64,000 bases of DNA from Tubulanus polymorphus (lineage: Eukaryota; Animalia; Nemertea): positions 8,289,122 through 8,353,121 of the forward strand of contig NC_134030.1 in NCBI RefSeq assembly GCF_964204645.1, read 5' to 3'. Of the stretch, positions 26,789 through 39,200 are shown in pieces (the first letter of the stretch is position 1; each line of letters opens with the position of its first letter). The notes beneath the pieces are model-generated. The model was not told where the DNA came from. It saw nothing but the letters and a program-made list of their open reading frames with translations, and made no database searches. Made by a program: the position numbers and the translations under genes.

Positions 26789-29197
26789 CTACTCCTTGGT
26801 GAATTTCACTGGGTTTTCAAAAACGGGATTTTCAATTTTTCGACCGGGCTTGACAACTTTAACAATGTAGAAAATTTGTAGAGCAAGTCCAACGACGGAT
26901 ATAACGAAACAGACGACAGTCAACACGCTGTTGGTATCACCTGATCTCCAGTTAGCCGAAATTACTCCCGATAAGGCGAAAATTACGACAACGTAAGGCG
27001 AAAATGTGAAGACCAAATACTTTCTGAGAAATGCGTTAGTAACGACCCAGGCGACTTGCGCGCTTATAAGGATGGACAAACTGATAGTGCTTGCCGTGTG
27101 TTGAACGACAGCTCCCGTCGTATAGGAAAGGACTACTGCAAAATTGATCAAGGTCGCTATCGTCACCCATGATGCGTAGAGCGCAAGTCCATTCTGCACG
27201 AGAAATCTCACGAACCAGATCTCGCGGCCGAGTCCTTGTTTTTGCAAGGCGTCCTCGTTTGCCGCCAGATTTCGATGCGATATGAATATCGCAGCGTACA
27301 GAGTACCGGCCATCAATGCGCTCATTGGTAGCGAAAATTCTGGCAGGGCGCGGTCCCACAATATTATCCATGCCATGTTGAAAAGCAAATTCGCTATGTA
27401 CCATACGTAAATCGTGATCGGCATGAAATCTGGCTTGTAATAAAGGTGGCCGCCATCGCTGCTTCTGCAAATGGTCGTCACTCCGTATATCAACCATAAT
27501 ACCTGCCAGGTATAGATTATACCCCAAATAGAGAACGTCCACCCTGCTGGTGTGATATCAGTTGGAAATATGTTGGATATACCACCAGTTGTGTTCAAAA
27601 ACGGAGCTAAAACGAAAAAGCGAGATATATTTGAAATCATGATCTAGATGCACATAGAAGTGCCAATGATGATATATCATTTTTACTTTTAATTTACCAT
27701 ATACGAACATCGGTGACTGTGATTACATGCATACGTATACCATAGGTAACAACATTTCTAAATGCCCTTAATCAATTAACGCTTCTAAGGCCTGTGCGCG
27801 AAACTTGCAGACTATGGATATTTGATAATTGTTTCCCGAATTGTAACGTGAAAGTTGCTAATGGATTAATGGTCCTCTAGGTATACGATACGTAGAAACA
27901 TTTCAAAATTACATACACCCTCAGATTTCATCAACTGCTCTGATATATCCTGGTAGAGAGTTCAGATGATTAAAAATCCATAAAAGAACAAACAGTTTCA
28001 TTTTCCATATATATATAAATCATGTTGAATAAGTCGAACGTTTTCGGGTTAACATATACCCCTTCTCAAGACAAGTAACAAATGATGCAAAACTACAGTA
28101 TGTTAAGATATAAGTTTACAGAAACAGGTCAACAGTGGTGCTTCAAATAGCAGAAGATTACATAATATAACCTGGCAACAACCAGACCAGGACGTTCGAC
28201 TTATTCAACATGATTTATATATATGGAAAATGAAACTGTTTGTTCTTTTATGGATTTTTAATGCTCTGATATACACTACAAACTGTTTTTTGCTTGTATG
28301 TACATTTCAACGTTAGAATATTTGTTATATCGGCATTCGAGCTCAAACTTGCATCAATTTCCGAATGCTAAAATACGATTTGTTTTTGAGACTAGCCTGC
28401 TCAATTTGCTATTCATAGTTAAAACAGTATTTATCAGAACGCGCTAATCAATCTATGATTTTCATATTAGCTATGCAAAAAAACGAATAATACCGATCAG
28501 TAAAACTCGACTTTGTCGATTTTATTACAGTAACAGCTGCGACGTGTGAAACGTTAGATCCGATCGCGATTACAGAGATAGATTTCGATTTTATTCGAAA
28601 AACGACGACCCCTTCAGAACGTATATTCGTGCGATACTTTGATTTATTAGATTCAAACTCGTGAACGATATTCATAGCGAATGCCTGGCTGATTTTCTTC
28701 AAGTAACAGCTTCCAAAGCGATAAAAGTGAAAAACCCACGATAAGATGAAAAAACTAGGAGAGAACCTGACGTCTCGACTAAAATCTATGAGCCATTTGT
28801 GAAATCTTTTTCCTCAAAAAGATCTTGAAAAAGACTCATTTGAGTCGAAACGTTAGATTTTCTAGTTCTTTCATTTTATTATGGATTTTTGAAATCTATG
28901 AGATATTTTCGAAATCTTATTTTTTCAAAAAGATCTGGAAAATGGCTCATATATACATTTCAGTCGAAAAGTCCGTAGATTCTCTCCTCATTTTTCATCT
29001 TATTGTGGGTTTTTCACTTTATCGTTATCTGACAGTGACTTGTCTATGGAAAACAGCTTCCAAAAGCAATGGTACGACGACGGCTGATAATACTTACAAA
29101 TCCCCTGAGCTGCCAATGCATTTATAGTGACGGTCACTATAAATGTCAAACAAGTCCAAAATATGACGGAAATCCTTACAATATCGTGTTCTGGCAT
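26789..29197 (-). CDS. Uncharacterised multi-pass membrane protein (TPAGWTFSIWGIIY family, distantly similar to bacterial tryptophan-rich membrane proteins), 305 aa. Exons 29197-29098 and 27606-26789
   Basis: Exon 1 (MPEHDIVR...NALAAQGI) ends in phase 1 at GTAAGT and joins TTTTAG|CT CCG in frame with the 283-aa ORF. About 8 hydrophobic segments; motifs ITPAGWTFSIWGIIY and QNGLALYASWVTIATLIN. Confidence 0.85.
27969..28262. repeat. Near-perfect ~70-bp inverted repeat (MITE-like) in the membrane-protein intron
   Basis: ATTAAAAATCCATAAAAGAAC...AATAAGTCGAACGT is mirrored at 28192-28262; the arms differ by one TA unit. Confidence 0.85.
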
Positions 29198-29785
29198 CTT
29201 CTCTATACTAAGAGTGGCTTTATGCCCCGCGTCTTTATGCCCCTTAGTATGCTAGTGGTACGTATTTCTAGAATGACCGCTGTTTGCCAGTCCGATATCA
29301 AATAAACCGAATATGTCACGCGAGAGATAAGATAGAATGTGATGTATTGAGCAATCCTGAAATGTCTCAATGTTGTTGAAACGAGCACCTTCGATTGGCC
29401 TACAGCCAAATATCATAATAACAGCTGATATCAGCAAAAGCCTTGCACCGAGTCTTATCGCATCATGCCTAAATCTTCCTAAATCCGCATTTATTTCCTC
29501 GTTTTGGAAGAAACAGCTACAATCAAGTTCTTTTCGTACTGTGTGCGTGTGTGCGTGGCACCGGATTTCTTTTAGAAATTACATAAGTCATACAATCGCT
29601 AAGTAATACTTTTCAGCGATTGTATGACTTAGGCCTTACTACGTACTATGTAGCGCGAAGAAACTCAAACCATTCGAAAAACCTTCAATCTTTATTCATG
29701 TGAGAACAGACAAAATACTTGAAAAATGCATTCTTTTCTTTACATTTCTAAAGACTACAGCGAATTCGATGTTTATTGTAGAATT

Positions 29786-31309
29786 TTACAGAGTTTTTTC
29801 GCATAGTGCCGCAATGTCGAAAGAATACGTACAACTGCTTTCTCGCCAGTAAACCCGGGCAGGTGAATACTGTACGTACAAGCACTGTGAATATGGTGAC
29901 ACGTATCGATTCTTCTGTTCAGGATCCCAAAACTTGAATACTTTGAGATCACCGGACATGTTCCATTTCCATTTGTTGTCAGAATATTTCGCGCCTAACC
30001 AAAAGTAACCGCGTATTTTCTGAGGCCCTAGAATACAGATCCATACACCCTTATGCTTAATACATCAAGTAGTAAAATTGTTCATAAAGATATATATCGA
30101 TAATACGAATGAATATAAAACCCTTAACTGTGCAATGATAAATGAAACGGCAAGATAAAAGATTATACCTCGATTCACGAGATTTTGACGTCCGAATAGT
30201 CATCACGGGATTGAGCAATGATTGTCATTTTCGATGTAGCCCAATTAATGGATTGAAAATCAAACTTGTTTTGACCGATGATTCAAATTGAAACCAATGT
30301 AGACTTGATTGAATTACCGTATATTTCTGAAGCTAGTAGATTATGTTCCGATTCGGTTTCTATTTCTGTCAACTGTGCGCCCATATTTTCGCACCTTTTC
30401 TTCGCATCTTCATAATTTTCCGCAACTTCGCTAAAATAGTACAGACTGTTTCCCAGTTTCCACCAACCGTCCGGTCGCGGAAGATCCGGATCCACATCAG
30501 GCCCACTATTTTCTCGTTTCTAAAGAGTAGACAATGCTTCATATGCTAAATTCTATATTCGGAGGTAACCGTTCACGGTTAGCATTGCCGTCAACGGTAT
30601 GGTGTTCTCAATGCAGTCGGGCATGAAGATACGCTTAAAGAAACCTAACTTAAAAGTTTATCGACGCCTTGAAAAATAATACGCGCGCATGAATTATGAT
30701 TCTATTTCAATATATCGATAAAAAGCATTGAATTGACCGGCAACCAGTCTAGCCCCGATATGTTGATGAAAGTTATCATTAAGATTTATCAAGAATAGAA
30801 TAAGAATTGAATGAAATATATTTGATTACAAAACAATCGCCAAAATTCTCAATTCTAATTATTATTTTGAATCGCTAACATGATGACCTCTCACAGAGCC
30901 CCTCATAAAACACATGATAGGTGTCAATGTATATAAATATTATTTTAACGGTTTTTACGGCGTCAAAAAATACCTCAGATTTTTTAAGATTAATCTTATT
31001 TGCTTCGCACTTACCGGTACCTTGATTAATGGCTGTAAAACTAAAAATAAATGAGGAAGGGTCAAACTTTATAAATGAGGATGGGTTAAACTACCGTATA
31101 TGGTTTAATTAGCCTGAGTGTGGGTATACATCAATCACAATTATCGGTAGGCGAAATCGAAGTAGCTTGTTCAAGTTCGAATTCCCTGTCAAATCATCTT
31201 GGAACTACTTATTCGCAACTTACAAAGTCAATGCGTATATATACGTACCAGCGACCGATTGAGAAAAGCATATGAAAAACGAAACAATAACCGCAAAACG
31301 AGACAGCAT
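29786..31309 (-). CDS. Secreted single-domain C-type lectin. Exons 31309-31249 (signal peptide), 31032-31015 (18-nt micro-exon), ~30519-30318, 30027-29786
   Basis: PDGW..LGNSLYYFS...YEDAKKRCENMGAQLTEIETESEH, then YFWLGAK...WKW...FKFWDP...QCLYVQ...WRESSC...ALCEK. Signal peptide MLSRFAVIVSFFICFSQSVA. The phase at the micro-exon/exon 3 junction is not resolved. Confidence 0.8.
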
Positions 31310-33218
31310 TTTTTCTTTTAGTCTTGAAGTTTTGAATTCGTAGCTCATTGCATTCGTTTAATACGCGGAAAACAATGATAAACATTCATTTCTAATAGAT
31401 AAGATATGAAAATTAAACCGTTTTATCATAGCACGTATGATGGATTGTTGTGTTCAGACAAACAATACACTATACTTTCATCAGGGTGTTTGGTTAAAAA
31501 TCCTCGGGTTAACAAAATATTTACAGGCAGTACACAAAACACGTTTGCTCTTCCAGGAACATTCCACGAAACTTCGCTTCATTAGCCCCAAAAATGGTGG
31601 TTTATTAGTACACGATAATACATTTTTAAAATTCTAAAATTTTGCATCGGTTATGCATCAATCGTCTCTTTTTAAAATGAAAATTAAAACCCGCTCGCCC
31701 GCATAGCTGTATAGTGTCCGACAGTGGTTTTTTTCTGTGGGCGTTTATATGCTCACCGTCGACGTACTCCTGGTAATCCACGGTTGAGATAAGATTGAGA
31801 TAATTGCTCGTAGGTCTTGGGAAACCAAGATCCAAGCGACGTAAAGCAAAACGCCCGTGGCAATGTTAAAACCGCCGCTCGATTCGCTCAGTACCGTACC
31901 CCTGCGCCATCTATGTCCATTCACGGCACGCGAGGTTCAGGAGACGACAAATCACGCGAGATAAATCGCGAGGACGCGATATTTCAATGGGCGGCGGAGT
32001 AGGTAGGAAATCGGTATGTTTATCATCTTTTTAAAGCGACTTTAAAAGGTCACCGCGTAACTTAAACCAAATTTTCTTAAATTAGAGGTCGCATGTGTTA
32101 GTTTCGGAGTATTTCCTGATCGTTGAAACGCCTAATTTGGGCGTTAAATGACGTTTCAATGGAGCGTGACGTGTCCGTCTACCCCGCCGAGTCGAGTATT
32201 GTTGGTAGATTCCTGCTTTTCTCCCCTTGGTTTTGATCACGAATAACCTCTCCCAATCTAGGCCCGAAGTTCGCTATTATTTCGTTGTATGGGTTTCGAG
32301 AGGGGGAGGTGGTCAGTGGGGAGCGTTCGGGCTTTTCTCGCCGGTAGAGTCTAAGCTTTCGATACGTCAGATTCAAAAATCTCTATTGAATTAATTATAG
32401 ATGACAATCAAGAAAACGTAAATTAAGAAAAACAAAATGTCACCCTTTCCCTGGCCACACGTATACTCAGACACACCACATAAAATCGTAACACACACCA
32501 CACACTTCAATTATATTTGTAGTTTTAACATATTTAAGTCATGGAAGAAGAAGCATCAACAGAGGGTCCAGGGCAGTTTATTAATTACCCTTTTCACTTA
32601 GGGCCTACACCTACATGATTGAAAAGTTAGGCCCAAAAACGAAATTTGATTCCAAATACAAATTTTTCCTTACTGAAAATGGGCTCGGTCTCAGATCTGC
32701 TGGCTGGCTGTGTGATAATTCTTTCTGCCCTAAAATTAAATGAATTTCTGTCCTGATTAGAATGTTGGAATCATGAAGGCATATATGCTGCCCTTCTTGT
32801 GAATGTTATTATTAGCCTTAGCCTACCAGAACTTAAAAAAAGACTGCTCAAGACTCAGTTCTCAAAATTTACTGCTTCGATAGTCTGTCCCCTCCAATTC
32901 AGGACTATAGGTCTAAACTAGATAGATATATCGGGAATAGTAGGCAAGTTAACTTTGCCATCTGTATCTAACCGTATATATATAGGCCTAAATGAAGTCC
33001 TGAATGATCCTTTAGATCCTTAGAGAATAAGAAATTCAAAACTACGAAGATGGCCTTCCATCAAGATCAAAAGGGATTCTAGTTTGTTACTATTTCTCGG
33101 TGACAAGAGTTTTAAATGTCTTTTCTATTTTTTCCAGATATGAAACATAAGAAAGGAAAGGACCTATGATTTAAGAATAAACATCGATTTACGCGGATCG
33201 CTCGATAAAGGCCCAATA

Positions 33219-36200
33219 ATGGACGGCGGAGGGAAGGAACGTTCCGTCGATCATCTGACATCGTGGGCGAATCAATCGCAGAATCATGAAGTTGATTATC
33301 AAGTAGTGGCGAGTACATCCTCGTCGTCGTCGTCAGCCGCTGCTTTAAATCAACATCTTCCGTATACCTCGTCGCACTCGTTCGTACAGACGTTTTCTCA
33401 AGCGCACTTCGTACACGACGGACAGTACGACGCGGTTACCTCGACTTATCGCATCGGCAATGAAACTTATCAGTTAGCCACTCCAGTAAGTGAGGTGTGT
33501 ATTACTTGTCAAACCAGGGGCCAGTTGCTCAAAAGTTGGTTAAAGATAAATGGCCGTTAAATACCATAGTAACTATGAAATTGTCACCATATCAACTATC
33601 CACTGGTTTACTCTAACCAACTTTTGAGCAACCGGCCCTAAGTTAGCAACTATCAGGGGCGGATCCAATGCCTACTTTTTGAAGGTCTTGACGCATTTAA
33701 GGACTTACTTACTCCAAAATTTGTTTGGAGTATTTTAGCAATCAAGAGAGCAGCATATTTGAAAATCAGATGAACAGATCAGATGTATTTAACAACATTT
33801 CCAATTAAAGAAAACTTATCCTGCCAATTATAGGCCCTATAGAAGTTTATAAGATAACGAGAGAAATCAAAAAAAAAATAGAAAACTAACTTTACTAGGG
33901 CACTGAATCATTTCACAAATATTAAGGTTATCAAATCCAGATTTCATGAAAACACTTTGTGAATGATATTGATAATTGCCACTAATTGACTTTTGTATTG
34001 AAGGACAGGACCTGCCCCTTTTCATATGTAGACTAAATTATAATGATGCTGGCTTGTTTACACCAGGGGGAATGAGATCCCACCTCCTTCCCCGGGAGTA
34101 ATGCCTCAGCAATTATTTCTTCAAGTTCATCAAATCCATAATCAAACTTATAATAGATAACACAGCCTTAGCGCTGCTTGCATTGTGAGAACTGCCATGC
34201 TTTGTTTTCAATTTCGTGAGAACATCGCAATGCGGTTCTGATGATAGTTTCCATGATTTTCATTGTTGCGCTTTTTACAACATGAAGTTAGAGTTTAGTT
34301 TCGATGTTTTAACTATTCATTGACAGGTTTACCAGCCTCCGCATTCAACTTACGAGCGTGTTGTGTCTCCCGACGAAGACGGTTATCCAGAGGCGTCAAC
34401 GAGTTCGGATACTCTACAACAGTTACATACCCTACAGCCTGATGATGCTGCTCAGATGGTCACTATACAGATGGATAGGAACGCATTACAGAGAACGGCT
34501 GAAGTTATGGTAGGTTGTGTAATCATTATAACAACTGGGTAATATTTAGGCCTTTTGGTGGTTGAGGTCCAAAACTTCGCACTAAAGACCTATATTTATT
34601 TGTTTCCATAGATATTGTTACTATGGTAGTTATGATTTGGGCTACTGGGCCCAGGGGCCGGTTCCATAGTCATGACTTAGACTTAAGACTGGTCTAAGAC
34701 TCTTTTAGTTATATAGCATATCTAACAGCTTAAGACCAGTCTTAAGATTTAAGACCATTTTTGGACTTATGTCTCGACTATGGAACCGGCCCCAGGTGCA
34801 GTCATGACTTAAGTCCAAAAGTGGTCTTAAATCTTAAGACTGGTCTTGAGTTGTTAGTTTAGCTACCAGAACTAAGTTGGTCTTAGACTGGTCTTATATC
34901 TAATCCATAACCACGCAACTGGCCCCAGGGGCTGGTTCCATAGTCGAGACTTAAGTCCAAAATTGAGACTGATCTTAAGTCGTAAGATTCACAGAGTCAG
35001 AACCAGGATGGTTTGATTCCGGAGCCTGATCCATTGAATTGCTGTCGGAAGTTGTGCACTTAGCTCGTGGAACTACATACTGAGATATTGCTTTCGTTGT
35101 AGGGTTATCCGATGCAAGTTTTACTGCAAGAGCGTCGTCAAACCGATTCTCCGATGTCATCTCATTCTCACAGTTCGCAAATGGATCGCAATCAATCACC
35201 GATGAGACTTGTTCAGTCAAACGAAGCACAAAGCGCTAGTCATTTGATGCAACTTGTAAGTATCCAATGGGCAATGGAATTTTCGAATTCTTTGCTGTTG
35301 AAAAATGTCAATGTTCTCACCAGATTTAGAGTTAGGGTGTGGGAGTTGATGGAAATTTTGATGGGGTGGTGGTTAAACTCAGAATTCAGGAATCGAAAGC
35401 TTTCCAAACATGGTTGTGTTGGTAAGCCTACTTTAGTCTTTGGAATTGTAATAAGGCTTGTTAAAGCTTACCACATGGAGGATATTGCATTTCGAAAATA
35501 AACTAAAGTGGAACTCACTAAATTCGGATGACCTGGGACTGCCCAGATTTATTTTGATTAATTAAAATTCGAATTATGAATAACAGTTTGCATGGTTCCA
35601 GGTCAAATGGACCAATTATTTCAGCAATATTAAAGGAAAATCGCGATTGATTAAGTGAGTTCTACTGTATTACGAATTATTTTTATTGACAAAAAAGAAG
35701 AGTTTGTCCTTATACTAATCATGATTACACGTCTACCTACTGTAAAGCTATTGGCTCACATCCGACTGAAGTCAGTTTAGTTCTGCTGATTGGCGGTTAA
35801 CGCTGTATTTTAGAAATTGAGAATAAGTTTTGGAATTCTTTTTCAGGCACAACAGAGTCACAATATTTATTCGCCGGCTGAATCAACGGTAACACAAGCC
35901 AGTGTGCTTCCGTCGTTAATGAATCAAAGAGGTATACGCATACAGGTTCCGGCGCAGCATAGTTTTACTTCGCAAGCCGAAGTGGCATCGAGTTCGGGTT
36001 TAGGTGGACACCAGTCCGACGAAGAGACCGATCAGGCGGTTAGCTCGATAAGTTTGTCGTTTCATCATCAGCAGCCCATTTTGAGTAAAGTTCATACTGT
36101 AAGTTATTACTAAATTGATGTTTGAGATAGTTAAGACATAGATGAATCGTTGACCTGTTCAAATGAAGAAACCTCTGGAACAACTAGAGATTTATGTCGG

Positions 36201-39200
36201 AATTTGTTTATTCACAGCTGAGTGACAACTTTTCTGCCGAGCCTGATACGACTGGGGAAGAACTGACTAACGATTTAGAGCCTCATCAATCAACTGGTAC
36301 GCATGTAGCGAACTGTATTCCATCTGTATTCTCCATATATTGACAATCACTGTCATGTTATTCACTTTGTTCCCAACTGTGATCGACTGTTCAAAATTCA
36401 CCCATTATTATTGTAGGTCACTCGCCAGTGTTCGCTAATCAAACTGATGAACATTCGCTAGATTCAACTGTTAACACGTGTCACCTGCTGCCCTCTAGTA
36501 GCCACCTCGTCGACGACGGTGTCCAAATGATACAAGGTAATTATCAGTCGTATGATAATAATCCTCAACTAGGTACGTTATGATATTATATATATTTCAT
36601 TAATTAAACGCTGCGTTGAAAATTCTGCTGCTCGCATTGAGTTGATGAATAGACATGTTAACTTGAAATTCTGTCATTGGCTCTTCTCTCTAATGCAGTT
36701 GTTTTATGAATGACTTATAGGCTTTGATGAATTATCAGGGTAGCCACTTACGTGACGATGGGGGAAAAGTCAGCGATTTTTCTTTAATTCAAATAAGTCA
36801 GGGAATTTTGTGAAAAAAAAAGAAGCTTGAAATCAGGGAAAAATCGGGGAAACATGTTGAGATGATAAAATCAAACAGTTTCCGTCTATATCTTAGGTAT
36901 TTGACTTTGTTGATTGATTGGATTCTTAGCATGCCTTGTCAGGGAAAACAACCTGTATGTCAGGAAAAAGCAAGTCAAACCAAAATCATTGGCCACCCTG
37001 ATAATCACATTTATATGTAAAGCTTTGTATTTGATTACATCGTCATATTGTGGAGCCTCGTCAGGGACCAGTTTTAACTTCAAGGGATGAGATTCAGCTA
37101 AATCAATGCCTAATATTGAAATGCGTATTATTTTGTGTTTTCACTACATCGTCTTATCGATATTTTGATTGGTATTTAGTTTCAGGTGGAAATGAAATTT
37201 ACGACAATTCGCTGGTTTTAGTCGATCCGAATGATCAGGTTTCGCAGAGCAATCAACCGATGGAGATTCCGGTGATTGAAACTAGGGAGGTTAGTACCGA
37301 CTGAATCCCGTAGACAGGTCTAACGTCTTCATTGTCCATATCTCATAAAACCTGACTTGAAAAATCAATTCGAAAACATTCTGTATGTGTTATACATTTA
37401 CTTATATCCAGTTGAGAAAGTCGGCACGTTTGACCTACCTGGAAGAAGAACAGTTAAAGTATGTGCCACGACCGCACTATGACCCAACAGTCAATGTTTA
37501 TAATCAAAATGAAATATGTAAGTTGAAATCATGAGATCTTGGTTCTTTCTTTATCTTAAAATGCGGATTGTCCGTGCTGTTTATTTGGTTGGAAAATTTG
37601 TTTCGATTTGGTGTTCCTTACAAACCCACCACACCTGCCCGGAATGATTAAAATGGGTTTTGATTTTGAAATCTTAAATCGAAGTACAGATAGGCCTATA
37701 GTTGTGCAACCAGTGGCCGAATTTACAGAGATTTTGGTTACAAACTGAGTAGGTTTTTACTTCAGTCAGATATTGGGCATTTGGTCACTAATCTACGTTG
37801 ACATGATTTTTTTTAGGGTGCGAGGACTGTATGAAGACTTACACAAATGAATGTCCGTATCATAAACTTACGTTAGTTCTCGATAAAGTAGTTTTGTCTC
37901 GGGCTTGGGCCAGTTTGCCGTCAATCCTTCAGATATTTCGTCTCGGTGACAGTGCGGGTAATAAAAAATATTCTGCAGTGATCTTTGAAATAGATATAAG
38001 GAGTCTGGATATTGACGATATATTTTTCGATTTCAGATTTGGGTGTATTCGCAAAGAAGAGTATTCCCAAGAATACGCAGTTCGGGCCGTTTGTAGCTAG
38101 CATTGTGGACTCAGAAGCAGCTCTTTCTCGCAAAGACTTCATTTTGAAGGTAATTCAAAAAGATCAGACTTGTTGGGCCTATCGAAAACAAAACCTTATA
38201 CGATCAAATTCAGTTCAGTTGTCATCGAATAATCAAATAATTCGTCATTTGGATAACATTTGGATGTAATGATAATAGCCAAATACAACTTTGACTATAT
38301 AGTAGCTTAACCAAATAAAAAAAGTCAGAAACGTTGTTGATTTTTATGAAGAAAAAAACAAACTACAGCAAAACCTGCTTAATCCGGATCGGTTTAATCA
38401 AATTCAGATTTTGGTCTACCGGTAATGCGGACAATAGTTGCAGTCCATATGTTCATTGATATAATACAAGAAAATGACTTTTAATCCCAAATTATCTGAA
38501 TTAAGCGGATTCTACTGTATAATAATTCCATAATTGGTCGCATGAAAATGTACGTCACAGGTGTATAAGAACCAGCTATTATTTGTTTCGATGTTTAGAT
38601 CGATGACTATCAGTCGAGCGGTGAAACGGTTTACCTCGAGACGTCTGACGAGAATAAATGTAACTGGATGATGTTCATACGACCGTCGCAGAGCTACGCC
38701 GAACAGAATCTCGTGGTATATCAATACGGCAGCGAATTGTATTTTACAGTTTGTAAACAGATCGACGCTCGTTCTGAACTAAAGGTACTCATAGAACAAC
38801 ACCTCTACGACTCCTTGATTTCTGAAAAAGAAAAACTTAAATAGAAAATGGTGAAGCTCTTTTGCCGAGCAAAATGCCAGAAATTCCTTTAAGGCTCCTT
38901 CAGTTTTGAGAAATAGGCAATTAGAAATTTTAGAAGTTGTACAGTAAATAGACAGTTATTGAATTAGAAAGGATAGAAATTTGCTTAAAGGACTAGTTTT
39001 CAGAAAGAATTTGGGCGCATTGACTTTATTTTAACGTTTTCGGTACTTATGAATGTTGAAATCTGATCGTATTAACGTTGATTAATTCTAAAATAGGTCT
39101 GGTATGCAGCTCACTATGCCCATCATATCGGTGCAGCAGTTCATAACCTGACCAAAGAAGAACAAGAAGGTTTGTATCAAAATTCCAGTCATTAAGTATA

